A stretch of 64,000 bases of DNA from Alphaproteobacteria bacterium (GCA_965279315.1 OZ257145.1:1485536-1549535), one strand, 5' to 3'. Positions 53,031-63,134 are shown, counted from the first letter of the stretch. Notes: generated from the sequence alone by a model not told the origin. Numbers and translations: made by a program.

Positions 53031-53726
53031 TTGTTGAATATTCGAGGAATATTATTCGTGACCGCCGCCGCGCCATTTTTTAATGCCACCGCAGAATCCG
53101 CCCGTCAGGCGGGCGAACGGTTGCTGGCCGAATTGCAGCGCAGCGATGCCGATATCAGCGCGGCGAAATTGCTGAACATGACGGGCACGCATGTCGATTA
53201 CAGCCTTACGACAGAAAACGGTGAAACAGCCCTGCTGCTCGCCGCGCAAAAAGGGTTTTTCATCGCCGCCAGCCGCATGGTGGATTTTGGCGCAGATGTG
53301 AACAAGGCGGACAAATTCGGCTTCACGCCCTTCATGATGGCGGCATCGGGGAATGACCGCGATCTCGTCGATGCGCTGCTGGCGAAGAACGCCGACATCA
53401 ATGCGCATAGTGCGGCGCGCGACACCGCCTTCACGCTGACAGGCGGGCAGGGGCATGATGCCATGCTGAAATACCTGATCGATAAAGGCGCGGGCTTCAC
53501 CGATGCGGAGGCAATTCGCACCATTACCGAAGCAGCCGCGCGTGGCCATACAGCCGTGGTGAAAACCATCAATAGTATTTTCGATGCACGGGAAGAGGCG
53601 CGTAGCCGCGCCGAAGCTGATGCCTTGCGGATGGAGCGTGAAAAGATGGCGACCATCGCCGATACATTCCGCCACGGCCCGCAGGGCAAAGTCGCTGCCC
53701 CCGGAACCGCGCGTTTCAAGCACTAG
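53031..53726 (+). CDS. Ankyrin-repeat protein
   Basis: ~231 aa. Repeats NGETALLLAAQKGFFIAASRMVDFGADVN, FGFTPFMMAASGNDRDLVDALLAKNADIN, and others. Start uncertain (TTG 53031/53034 or GTG 53058). Confidence 0.75.
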   Translation: MLNIRGILFVTAAAPFFNATAESARQAGERLLAELQRSDADISAAKLLNMTGTHVDYSLTTENGETALLLAAQKGFFIAASRMVDFGADVNKADKFGFTPFMMAASGNDRDLVDALLAKNADINAHSAARDTAFTLTGGQGHDAMLKYLIDKGAGFTDAEAIRTITEAAARGHTAVVKTINSIFDAREEARSRAEADALRMEREKMATIADTFRHGPQGKVAAPGTARFKH

Positions 53727-53729
53727 GGA

Positions 53730-54017
53730 TTAGTGGATATCGTCGAAGTTACGCTCGTGATTGATCTCGGGGTTCAGGCGTTCTTCCTCTGTCAGGTCAT
53801 CGAATTTCTTGGTGACTTTATCGGCCTTCACCATTTTCTTGATGCCGCGTTCTGACCCGTAGAAAGCGTCACCCTCGAATTTTTCTTGCGCGCGGCGGTC
53901 TTCTTCATGGTCGACAGGCTCCGGCTGCGCTTCAAGGTTCTCGAAATCGAGACCGTTCAGGTGCAGCGTCTTGCGTTCGGTTTCCGTTGTATTTTCAGGG
54001 GTTTTGATGATGGGCAT
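53730..54017 (-). CDS. Hypothetical small acidic protein (95 aa)
   Basis: MPIIKTPENTTETERKTLHLNGLDFENLE.., Glu/Asp-rich, no family recognised. Confidence 0.4.
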   Translation of the reverse strand: MPIIKTPENTTETERKTLHLNGLDFENLEAQPEPVDHEEDRRAQEKFEGDAFYGSERGIKKMVKADKVTKKFDDLTEEERLNPEINHERNFDDIH

Positions 54018-54088
54018 GGCGAAATCTCCTGTTGCAGCGGGGAAAAGGCGGACAGGAGACTAATCGGCAGAGGGCGGGATAGTTCCGG

Positions 54089-54763
54089 TTATTCGCAGCG
54101 CAGCACGACAAAATGTCCCGCCCACTGCGTCTGGAAGCCGAGGCGGTTGTATAATGCTACCGCGCGGTCGTTATCGGTGCGGGAATGCAGGAACGGTTTT
54201 TCGCCGCGTGCCACAATGCCCTGCATCACGCGCATCATCACCGCCGCCGCATAACCGCGGCCTGTATAATCGGGATGCGTGCAGACGGCGCTGACTTCGG
54301 TGTATCCCGGCACCTTCATCCGCTCTCCCGCCAGCGCCACAAGCTTGCTGTTCTGATAGATGCCGAAATAATCCCCCATTTCATGCGTGCGGCTGGTGAA
54401 GGGGCCGGGACGGGCGAGGGTGGTCAGCTCGATCATCTCCGCCGATTGCGCCGCGCCCAGCTGCACGATCTCGGCCGCGCTTCCTTTGGCATCGGGGATG
54501 CCGTTATCGCACACCATGCGGATCAGCGGCGCGCCGGCCAGCACTTCCCATCCCTTGCGCGGCTGCCACGGCTCGCGCAGGAACAGCGCGGTCACGCCAT
54601 TGCCCAGCAGGGCTGCCAGCGCGTCATGGTCGACCACGCCGTTTTCGAACCCGCTGAAGGGGGCGACGTCGGGCATGAAACGCTTCACTTTGCCGTCACC
54701 CACGGCAAAGTGGGACTGGCGGGTGGTAAGCGCGGTCCAGATGATGTTGTCGGGCGGTTGCAT
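54089..54763 (-). CDS. GNAT-family N-acetyltransferase
   Basis: 224 aa. Acetyl-CoA loop HPDYTGRGYAAAVMMRV and ..AVALYNRLGF. Confidence 0.8.
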   Translation of the reverse strand: MQPPDNIIWTALTTRQSHFAVGDGKVKRFMPDVAPFSGFENGVVDHDALAALLGNGVTALFLREPWQPRKGWEVLAGAPLIRMVCDNGIPDAKGSAAEIVQLGAAQSAEMIELTTLARPGPFTSRTHEMGDYFGIYQNSKLVALAGERMKVPGYTEVSAVCTHPDYTGRGYAAAVMMRVMQGIVARGEKPFLHSRTDNDRAVALYNRLGFQTQWAGHFVVLRCE

Positions 54764-54764
54764 G

Positions 54765-55463
54765 TCAGCTGATCAATAACAGGCGCGGCGGGCGGCCGTC
54801 AACGGTGTCGGGCGCGCGGTGGATGCAGGGCGCGACGGGGCTGCCCGGATATTCGACCGCGATGCGCCACATATTGCCGATGCCGAAGGAGTATCGCACA
54901 GCATCCGGCAGCGGGGCGTAATGCAGGTCATAGCAATTCTCGCGCAGGTATTCCCCGAAATCGCCGCCGCCTTCCGCCGCGAATAAATCCTGCAATTTTT
55001 CCAGCGTGGCGGGATCGTCGATGCGGCGTTGCGCGGAGGCATTGTCCAGCCCCTCGCTCGCCGCTTCGTTGTAACTGCACAGGTAGGTATCGGCGGCAAC
55101 CGGCGCGCGGTCGGCATGGAAGGAATAAACATCCGTCGGCACCGCATTGCTATCATCGCGGGAATAGCGCGGCACGCATTCAAGGCTGGGCTGTAATCCG
55201 CGTTCCTGCAGCAACCGGCGGTCGGCCAGCAGCATGGCGGCGGCAATGCGCCCCTGTTCGCTCAGGCGCAGGCGCAGGCTTTCAATCGCTTCTTCGTCCA
55301 GCGACACAATATCTTTCCCGCCCTGCAGCAACGCCGCGATTTCATCGAAATTGCCGGGCAGTTGCCGCGCCCAGCAGATCGCATTCACCTCCGGCCCGAA
55401 GGATGCGTTGACCAGCGCATCGAAACTGTCGACGACGCGTATGCGGCTTGTGGCGGGAGTCAT
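54765..55463 (-). CDS. Hypothetical protein (232 aa)
   Basis: Tightly packed between the PBP (TAATG overlap) and GNAT (1-nt gap). Conserved-looking FHADRAPVAADTYLCSYNEAASEG. Family not confidently recognised. Confidence 0.55.
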   Translation of the reverse strand: MTPATSRIRVVDSFDALVNASFGPEVNAICWARQLPGNFDEIAALLQGGKDIVSLDEEAIESLRLRLSEQGRIAAAMLLADRRLLQERGLQPSLECVPRYSRDDSNAVPTDVYSFHADRAPVAADTYLCSYNEAASEGLDNASAQRRIDDPATLEKLQDLFAAEGGGDFGEYLRENCYDLHYAPLPDAVRYSFGIGNMWRIAVEYPGSPVAPCIHRAPDTVDGRPPRLLLIS

Positions 55464-58400
55464 TACAGCGTGGCGGCCTTCGGCGGTTTCGGCTGCTTGA
55501 CGGGCGCGGGCGGCTGAAGCGTTGCGACCTTGGCGGGATCGACGCCATAAGCCTTGTCCAGCACAGGGCGCACGGCGGGGATCGCTGCCTTGAACACCGA
55601 AGCGGCGAGCGCGCTCGTGAACTTATGCTTGCCGGCGTCCGGGCCATCGACATAGGCGACGACGGTGCCATAGAAACGGTCGTCAATCGCGAACACGAAT
55701 GTCGCCGTGCGGTTCTTCGCCTCCGACGATGTCACGCCGCCGCCCTTGGCAAAGGTCTGCTGGCGGTTGTCGCCCGTGCCGGTCTTGCCGCCGACGGGCA
55801 GGATGCGGCCATCGCTGAGGACGACCGATTTATTGGCGCGGCGGGCGGTGCCTTCCTCCACCACGCCGTTCATTTCGCGGCGGGCGAGTTTGGCCACTTC
55901 TGCGGGCAGAACGCGTTTGCCTTCCGGATGCTTGGGCAGGAAATCGAGCGCATAGGGCGTATCGGCGGCGAAGCTGATTTCCTCGAACTTGATGGCAGGC
56001 TTCAGCACGCCGCCATTCTGGATGATGCCGGACAGCGTTGCCAGCGCAGCGGGCGTATCGCCCGACGACCCGAGCGCGGACGCATAGGACGGCACCATCT
56101 TATCGAACGAATAGCCGAGGTTTTTCCACGTCGCATGGATATGCGTGAACGCCTCTTTTTCCAGCATGATGCGGATGCGCGTGTTCTGCGCCTCGATCTT
56201 GTCGGGTTTCATCAGCCATTTATAAGTCACGATGCGCGCATCGGCAGATGCCTTCACCGCGTCGCTCCAGCCCGCATCCGGGGATTTCGCGCGATGTTCG
56301 GCCAGCCACAAGGCCAGCGGATGCACGCCCGTGATGTAACCGCGGTCGTTCAGGTCGAACTTGCCGGGCGCGTAATCGTCATACAGTTTCTGGAAGTTTG
56401 TGTTGTCGCCGATATTCGTGCCTTCCTTGCGGATGAAGGCCTCCATCTTTTCAACCGGCGCATCGGGGAACACGGAACGGTAAACGACGGCAAGGTGCGT
56501 GCCCGTGCGTTTCGTTTTCGCGGCCAGCATCGTGGCGGTTTCGTCGGGCGATTTGTCTTTCTGTTCGCCCCATGCGCGCCACAGGAATGTCGTGCCTTCG
56601 GCATGGATGAACTGCTCCAGGTATTTCTGGCGCAGCGGGTTGCCGGGGTTTTCGTAGATATCGGCGCTGACATCCATTTTCTGCGACTGCGTGTAGTAAA
56701 CGATATCCTTCATCATGCGGATGAACGACAGGTTGACCGAGTGGTGGAACGCGTCCTTGACGTTATAGGATTTATAGTTTTCCGACGATTCAAAGTTGTC
56801 AAATGTATGCACGCCGCCACCGGTGAAGAACCGCTCGCCGGGGTTGCCGGAATAGGTGCGCTCCAGCGACGCCTCCAGCATTGCCTCCAGCGATTTGTCG
56901 GTCGCGGGGTTGGCAAGGTAATCAATCGCCCAGCGCGACAGGTTGTCGTCGCGCAGGACGTGGATATTGTGCAGCGCCTCGGCATCGATGCCGCTGAATT
57001 TCTTGTGCATGTCCGACATCGCTTCGAGGTATGAAACGAGGGTGCGCAATTTCGCGGTGGAGCCCAGTTCCAGCTTCGTGCCTTCGTTGATGTTCAGCGC
57101 GCCGTCGAAATTGTCGGCCTGCACGCGCAGCACGTTCGTGCCGTCGGGCTGTTTTTCATACAGGGTGAAGGAATAACGCAACTGGTCTGCAAGGGCAGGG
57201 TTCAGCAGCTGGAACCCCGTCAAGCCGTTCTTCGCCGCGATTTCGGGGTCGGACAGGCTGTGCAGCAGTTTTGTCACGGCTTCGTCGGCGCGCGCATCGA
57301 TGGTGGTGCGCGCTGTGATGTCAAGGCGGTTGAGGGCATAAATATCCTTCACGCCCAGGTCGCGCATCAGGTTGATCTGCAGCGCCTCGATCGATTTCTG
57401 GCGCGCTTCCTCCGTCACGCGCGATGCGCGCACGGGTTTGACGAATTCGGGGTGCGCGGCCAGCACGGCGTCCCTCATGCGGGGGCTGATGATGCCCTGC
57501 TCGGTCAGCTTCGGCAGGTAGAAATCGACACGCTCATCCAGCTCGGCGCGTTCCTTCAACAGATATGCGGAGGGCTTCGTCACAGACATCACAAGGCGCA
57601 GGGCCTGGCGGTAGGCATCCGCCGCGCGTTTCAGTTCGGCATCGTCCATCTGAGCATCGGGTTTTTTCAGCAGCCGGTTGGTTTCCGCAAAGTCTGCGCC
57701 GAACCATGCCACCATGCCGTCGCCGAAACCGGTGATCTCGCCCGCGCCGGGGAAGGAAGACAGGGGGATCGAGTTGAGGTAATCCAGCACGATGCGCTCG
57801 CCCGCCTCGCGCGTGTCGCGGCCGTTCGTGTAGTTGCGCGTCGATGCCGTCATCATCTGTTCCAGCTTTTCCTTGCCGGTGCGCGTGATGCCGTCGGGCG
57901 AATGGCGGAATTTTTCCGTCTGCGTCGCCAGCGTCGATCCGCCGGGCGCATTGCCGCCGATATGCAGTTTTTTCAGCAGCTGGTCGCGCGCGGCCCTGGC
58001 GAAGCGGCCCCAGTTGATCGCGTTGTTATGCGTGTTGGCCTGTTTTTCGATCAGCTGGCGGTCCTCGACGAACAGCAGGCTTTGCGCCAGCACGGGCGGG
58101 ATGCTGTCAAAATCGGCATAGACCTGACGGGGAAAGCGCGCATCGAACAATGTTTGCGCATTGCCGTCGACCAGCTTCAGCCCGGCCTGCGCCTTTTCGT
58201 TATAGATGGGGAACAGCTGCAGCCCCGCAATCTTGCGGTCCTGCCATTCTGTTTCTTTCTGCACCTCGAAACCGCGCGCGGTCAGGCGTTCGCGGAATTG
58301 CAGCGTCTGCGTGTAACCCATGCGCTCGTCATAAGGGCCGGCGGCGGGGGGCGCGACAGTAGGGCTCGATTGCTGCGTCTCGGTAAATGTTTTCCCCTCC

Positions 58401-58777
58401 GCCACGCTGGTGAAGAAATGCGATTGCAGGTAAGACGTTTTGATTTCCGCATAGACGCCGGTGCCGATCACCGCGCTCGCCGTGCCGATCGCCGCCACGC
58501 GGTGCACCCAGCGGGGCAGTTCGCGGTACCATTTCGCGGTGCTCTTGGCGCGCTTGCCGACTTCCGATGCGCCGGATGACAGCATTGACGCGCCTGTTGA
58601 CAGCGCGGCAGAGCCCGCATGGACGATGGATGATCCTGTCGACAGCAGGGACGATTTGAACGACGGCGGCGCGGGCGGCAGCGGGGGCGCAGGCGTTTCT
58701 GTCGTGCTGGATTCAGGGGATTCTGGTTCCCGTTCGGCGGGCGTTTCGAGGTCGCGTTTATCGTCTTCGTTCGACAT
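55463..58777 (-). CDS. Large bifunctional-type penicillin-binding protein (GT51 transglycosylase + transpeptidase) with a long interdomain region
   Basis: 1104 aa. Disordered N-terminus plus TM. GT51 motifs LLFVEDRQL, GGSTLATQTEKF. Transpeptidase SxxK (GSTAKL), SxN (HSVNLS), KTG (GGKTGTG). Pro/Lys tail ..PVKQPKPPKAATL. Confidence 0.85.
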   Translation of the reverse strand: MSNEDDKRDLETPAEREPESPESSTTETPAPPLPPAPPSFKSSLLSTGSSIVHAGSAALSTGASMLSSGASEVGKRAKSTAKWYRELPRWVHRVAAIGTASAVIGTGVYAEIKTSYLQSHFFTSVAEGKTFTETQQSSPTVAPPAAGPYDERMGYTQTLQFRERLTARGFEVQKETEWQDRKIAGLQLFPIYNEKAQAGLKLVDGNAQTLFDARFPRQVYADFDSIPPVLAQSLLFVEDRQLIEKQANTHNNAINWGRFARAARDQLLKKLHIGGNAPGGSTLATQTEKFRHSPDGITRTGKEKLEQMMTASTRNYTNGRDTREAGERIVLDYLNSIPLSSFPGAGEITGFGDGMVAWFGADFAETNRLLKKPDAQMDDAELKRAADAYRQALRLVMSVTKPSAYLLKERAELDERVDFYLPKLTEQGIISPRMRDAVLAAHPEFVKPVRASRVTEEARQKSIEALQINLMRDLGVKDIYALNRLDITARTTIDARADEAVTKLLHSLSDPEIAAKNGLTGFQLLNPALADQLRYSFTLYEKQPDGTNVLRVQADNFDGALNINEGTKLELGSTAKLRTLVSYLEAMSDMHKKFSGIDAEALHNIHVLRDDNLSRWAIDYLANPATDKSLEAMLEASLERTYSGNPGERFFTGGGVHTFDNFESSENYKSYNVKDAFHHSVNLSFIRMMKDIVYYTQSQKMDVSADIYENPGNPLRQKYLEQFIHAEGTTFLWRAWGEQKDKSPDETATMLAAKTKRTGTHLAVVYRSVFPDAPVEKMEAFIRKEGTNIGDNTNFQKLYDDYAPGKFDLNDRGYITGVHPLALWLAEHRAKSPDAGWSDAVKASADARIVTYKWLMKPDKIEAQNTRIRIMLEKEAFTHIHATWKNLGYSFDKMVPSYASALGSSGDTPAALATLSGIIQNGGVLKPAIKFEEISFAADTPYALDFLPKHPEGKRVLPAEVAKLARREMNGVVEEGTARRANKSVVLSDGRILPVGGKTGTGDNRQQTFAKGGGVTSSEAKNRTATFVFAIDDRFYGTVVAYVDGPDAGKHKFTSALAASVFKAAIPAVRPVLDKAYGVDPAKVATLQPPAPVKQPKPPKAATL

Positions 58778-58884
58778 GGTTGCCGAGACTCCAGAGTGGT
58801 AAATATATATCTTATGTGAAAGAACCTATACCGCCACTAGAGTTTATGCAAACGAAAACCACTAAAGTTAATGTATTGAAATAC

Positions 58885-60039
58885 TTAGGCTATTTTTTGC
58901 GCGCGTTCCCTGCTTGCCAAAACCAGCAATAAACCTGCCAGTGAGAGCCCCGATCCGGCCAGTGCAATCGCCGGATAGCCAAGGTTCAAACTGATCACCC
59001 CCGCACCCAGCGCCGCCCCCAGCGCATTGCCAAGGTTGAACGCCCCGATATTGACGGATGCCGCCACGTTCGGCGCATCGGCGGCGGTCGTCATCACGCG
59101 CATCTGCAGCGGCGGCACCAGCGCAAAGGTCGCAACGCCCCAGGCAAAGATGGAAATCGCGGCGGGTATCGGCCATTGCATGACGCCCGCAAAAATAACC
59201 AGCAGGATGGTAAGCGCAACCAGGGTCGTGATCAGCGTCCCATCGACCGATTTATCGGCAAACCTGCCGCCCAGCCAGTTGCCGACCGTCAGGCCCACGC
59301 CGTACAGCACCAGCATCGCGGTGATGAATTGCGTCGATGCGCCTGTCGCATCGCGCAGGATCGGCGCGATATAGGTGAAGACGGTGAACATCGCGCCCGA
59401 GCTTAAAACCGTGACCGCCAATGCCAGCATCACGGCAGGGCGGCGCAGCGCGCGCAGTTCATCACGCATGTTGATGTCGCCATTCGCGGCGATTTTGGGC
59501 AGGGCAAGCGCGAGCGCCGCCATCGCGGCAGCGCCCAGCGCGGTAATCCCCCAGAACGCCGCGCGCCAGCCGAACTGGTTGCCGACCCATGTCGCCAGCG
59601 GCACGCCGCCCACATTCGCAATCGTCAGCCCCATGAACATCGCGGCAACCGCGCCCGCGCGCTTGTTGGCGGGCACCAGCCCCGCCGCCACGACAGACCC
59701 GACGCCGAAAAATGCGCCGTGGTTCAGCGATGTCACCAGCCGCGAGAACAGCAGCATGTCGTAATTCGTCGAAATGGCGGACAGGAAATTGCCGAGGGTG
59801 AAAATGCCCATCAACCCGATCAGCAGGTTTTTGCGCGGTATCTTGCCCGTCGCCAGCGTCATCACCGGCGCGCCCAGCATCACCCCCACCGCATACGCCG
59901 TCACCAGCAGCCCCGCAACCGGGATGGACACCCGCAAGTCATCGGCGATCAGCGGCAGCAGCCCCATCGGCGAAAATTCCGTGACGCCGATGCCGAACGC
60001 GCCAATCGCCAGCGCAAAAAGGGGTGGGTTGAATTTCAT
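58885..60039 (-). CDS. MFS transporter (sugar/drug efflux type)
   Basis: 384 aa from MKFNPPLFALAIGAFGIGVTEF, 12 TM, MFS-like loop motif GKIPRKN. Confidence 0.85.
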   Translation of the reverse strand: MKFNPPLFALAIGAFGIGVTEFSPMGLLPLIADDLRVSIPVAGLLVTAYAVGVMLGAPVMTLATGKIPRKNLLIGLMGIFTLGNFLSAISTNYDMLLFSRLVTSLNHGAFFGVGSVVAAGLVPANKRAGAVAAMFMGLTIANVGGVPLATWVGNQFGWRAAFWGITALGAAAMAALALALPKIAANGDINMRDELRALRRPAVMLALAVTVLSSGAMFTVFTYIAPILRDATGASTQFITAMLVLYGVGLTVGNWLGGRFADKSVDGTLITTLVALTILLVIFAGVMQWPIPAAISIFAWGVATFALVPPLQMRVMTTAADAPNVAASVNIGAFNLGNALGAALGAGVISLNLGYPAIALAGSGLSLAGLLLVLASRERAQKIA

Positions 60040-60152
60040 CTGGTCTCTCCGGTGTTTCAGCGCCGCTGATATAGGCGCAGCCGCCGCACATGAAAGGGGG
60101 CACGCGCGCAAATTGCGGTTGAGGTTTATCGTGCGGGAATGAAGGGGAAAAA

Positions 60153-60227
60153 TGGTGCCGTTGATGGGATTTGAACCCGCGACCTCCCGCTTACGAAGCG
60201 GATGCTCTACCCCTGAGCTACAACGGC
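60153..60227 (-). tRNA. tRNA-Thr (anticodon CGU)
   Basis: 75 nt with encoded CCA: GCCGTTG-TA-GCTC-AGGGGTA-GAGC-A-TCCGC-TTCGTAA-GCGGG-AGGTC-GCGGG-TTCAAAT-CCCAT-CAACGGC-A-CCA. The T stem has one G-U pair and one C-A mismatch. Confidence 0.85.
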
Positions 60228-60396
60228 ATCAGGGACGCAACATAAGGGAAAGCGTGGCGGTTTTCAAGCATGGAATCTGCGCGGGTGGTCGCGCGCTTGT
60301 CCAAAAAATCCTTTAAAATCAACGAAAGTCCTCGGCGGGGTTGCTTTATTAACCAGCGGCATGTCAATTTGGGCGGAAATAACGGAGTGAATACCC

Positions 60397-61745
60397 ATGA
60401 TCGACCCGAAACAATTCTTTGCCGAGAACCCCGATGTCGAGACGCTCGAGGCGTTTGTCGTCGATGTCAGCGGCATCCTGCGCGGCAAGAAAATGCCCCG
60501 CCAGAACGCGGACAAGCTGTTCAAGGGCGGCGTGCGCATGCCGCGCTCCGCCTTCGCGGTCGATATCTGGGGGCAGGACGTGCCCGCTGCGCAGCTGATC
60601 ATCGAAACGGGCGACAATGACGGCGTCTGCTATCCGGTCAAGAATTCGCTGCGCATGGTGCCGTGGCTGAAAAACACGGCGCAGGTGATGCTGACGATGA
60701 AGGAGCCCGACGGGCGCCCGTTCTTCGGCGACAGTCGCCAGGTCTTAAAAAAAATCGTCGGCCTTTACGCGAAAAAAGGCTGGACGCCCGTTGTGGCGGC
60801 GGAGCTGGAATTCTACCTGCTCGACGCGCAGATGGATGAACGCGGCAATCCTCAACCTCCTTTAAGCCCCGTTCGGGCAAACGCTCCAACGCGGCGCACC
60901 TGTTCAGCATTTCCGAGATCACCGAATTCGACAACGTGCTGGGCGGCATTTCCAAGGCCTGCGACATGCAGGGCATCCCCGCCGATGCCTGCATCTCGGA
61001 AAACGGGCCCGGGCAGTATGAAATCAACCTATATCACGTGCCGGATGCGCTGGCCGCCGCCGACCATGCGACGCTGATGAAGCGCGTTGTGCGCGGCGTC
61101 GCGCGCAAACACGGTTTCGATGCGACCTTCATGGCGAAGCCCTACGGCAACGAGGCCGGCAACGGCATGCACGTCCACTTCAGCGTGCTGGATAAAAAGG
61201 GCAAGAACATTTTCGCCGGGAAAGATTACAAAGGTTCGCCGTCGCTGCGCCATGCGCTGGGCGGTCTGCTGAAACACATGGGCGACACGACCGCGATCTT
61301 TGCGCCCAACTTCAACTCGTACCGCCGCTTTGCGGTGGGCAGCCATGCGCCGACGGCGGTCGCGTGGGGCTACGACAACCGCACCGCGGCCTGCCGCGTG
61401 CCCGCCGCCGATATCGACGCCACGCGCATCGAACACCGCGTCGCGGGCGGCGACACCAACCCCTATCTTTGCATCGCCGCGATCCTGGCGGCGGCCTATG
61501 ATGGGCTCGTGAACCAGCTGGACCCCGGCCCGCCCGCCACCGGCAACATCTATAACTCGAAAGCCAAGCGCCTGCCCAACGCATGGGAAACCGCGCTGGA
61601 ACTGTTCGAAGGCTCGAAATTCATCAAGAAATATTTCGGCGAAAATTACCAGCGCATGTACCTTGCCTGCAAATTGCAGGAACAGGACATCATCGACCGC
61701 CAGGTCAGCTCTCTCGAATACGACACCTATCTCAGGGATATCTAA
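60397..61745 (+). pseudogene. Glutamine synthetase-family protein (gamma-glutamyl-polyamine synthetase, PuuA-like) split by a frameshift
   Basis: The N-terminal ORF (60397..) is GS-like up to ..AAELEFYLLDAQMDERGNPQPPLSP. The C-terminal part continues in the -1 frame as ..RSGKRSNAAHLFSISEITEFDNVLGGISKAC..NGMHVHFS..NSYRR.. to 61745. The frames join if the C4 run 60867-60870 were C5. Confidence 0.8.
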
Positions 61746-61748
61746 ATC

Positions 61749-63038
61749 TTGCAGCCACAGCCCGCGACACATACCGGTTCATATTACGCAGCCTCCGCCA
61801 ACCCGCAGCCCGAACGTCCGCCATTACAGGGCGACGTGAATGCTGATGTCTGCGTGATCGGCGCAGGTTTCGCTGGCATTTCGACCGCGCTGCACCTTGC
61901 CGAAAAGGGGCTGAAGGTTGTGGTGCTGGAGGCGGTGAAGATCGCATTCGGCGCATCGGGCCGCAACGGCGGGCAGATCATCAACGGCTATTCCCGCGAT
62001 TACGACACCATCCTTGGCCGTTACGGTCAGGACACGGCGAAAGCGCTGCTGAATATGAGCTTCGAGGGTGGCGACATCATCCGCGAGCGCATCCAGAAAT
62101 ATAACATCCAGTGCGACCACAAGCCGGGCAGCTTCTTCGCCGCCTTCACCCCCGCGCAGATGAAATTCCTCGAACGCCGCCGCGAAGTCTGGGCAAGCGC
62201 CGGTCACGACCAGACCGAAATGTATGATGACAAAAAGGTGCGAAACGTTTCCAGCACCGACCTCTATATCGGCGGGATGCTCGACAAGCGCGGCGGGCAT
62301 ATCCACCCGATGAACCTTGTGCTGGGGCAGGCGGCTGCGCTGGAATCGCTCGGCGGCAAAATCTATGAACTCAGCCGCGTGACGCATATCGACAAGGGCG
62401 CGAAACCCGTCGCCCATACCGTGCAGGGCAAAGTCACCGCCAATTTCATTGTCGTCTGCGGCAATGCCTATATCGGCGAGGCCGTGCCCGAACTGCCGCA
62501 CCGCTTCATGTCGGTTTCCAGCCAGATCGTGACGACGGAAGTGCTGGGGGCGGAACTGACGGACAAGATGATGCCCGCCGATTTCTGCCTCGAAGACTGC
62601 AATTACCTGCTCGACTATTACCGCATCACCGGCGACAAACGCCTGCTATTCGGGGGCGGGGTGATTTATACGGGCTCCGAGCCCGCCGACATCATCCGCC
62701 GCCTGGAACCCCATGTTCTCAAGACCTTCCCCTTCCTGAAGGGCAAAAAATTCGATTTCGCCTGGAGCGGCAACTTCGCCCTGACCATGACCCGCATGCC
62801 GCATATCGGGCGCTTGTCCGATACTGTCTATTTTATTCAAGGTGATAGCGGCCATGGCGTGACGACCACCCATCTGCTCGGCCGCCTGACCGCCGAAGCG
62901 ATCAACGCGCAAACCAGCCGCTGGGACGTCTTCGCGAATATGCCAAATTACCCCTTCCCCGGCGGTCGCATGTTCCGCGTGCCGCTGACCATGATGGGCG
63001 CTTGGTATTATGGCATGAAAGAAAAATTAGGCCTTTGA
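61749..63038 (+). CDS. FAD-dependent oxidoreductase (gamma-glutamylputrescine oxidase, PuuB-like)
   Basis: 429 aa, TTG start 4 nt after the previous stop. SYYAAS.., dinucleotide fold DVCVIGAGFAGISTALHLAEKG, GASGRNGGQ. Confidence 0.85.
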   Translation: MQPQPATHTGSYYAASANPQPERPPLQGDVNADVCVIGAGFAGISTALHLAEKGLKVVVLEAVKIAFGASGRNGGQIINGYSRDYDTILGRYGQDTAKALLNMSFEGGDIIRERIQKYNIQCDHKPGSFFAAFTPAQMKFLERRREVWASAGHDQTEMYDDKKVRNVSSTDLYIGGMLDKRGGHIHPMNLVLGQAAALESLGGKIYELSRVTHIDKGAKPVAHTVQGKVTANFIVVCGNAYIGEAVPELPHRFMSVSSQIVTTEVLGAELTDKMMPADFCLEDCNYLLDYYRITGDKRLLFGGGVIYTGSEPADIIRRLEPHVLKTFPFLKGKKFDFAWSGNFALTMTRMPHIGRLSDTVYFIQGDSGHGVTTTHLLGRLTAEAINAQTSRWDVFANMPNYPFPGGRMFRVPLTMMGAWYYGMKEKLGL

Positions 63039-63134
63039 GGGGCTTGATTTCATAACTCCCGAATAAATCTTTGTTAATGCAGCCCGATTACCATTAAAAT
63101 CGGATAGCGAAATTTTTTCCGGAGGATATAGGTC

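Noticed and set aside
60153-60227. tRNA-Thr T-stem irregularity (G49-U65 wobble plus C50-A64 mismatch), considered as evidence for a pseudo-tRNA.
   Set aside because: The acceptor, D and anticodon stems are perfect and the T loop (TTCAAAT) and CCA are intact. A G49-U65 pair also occurs in known Thr tRNAs (E. coli, as I recall). One mismatch is not enough to call it non-functional.
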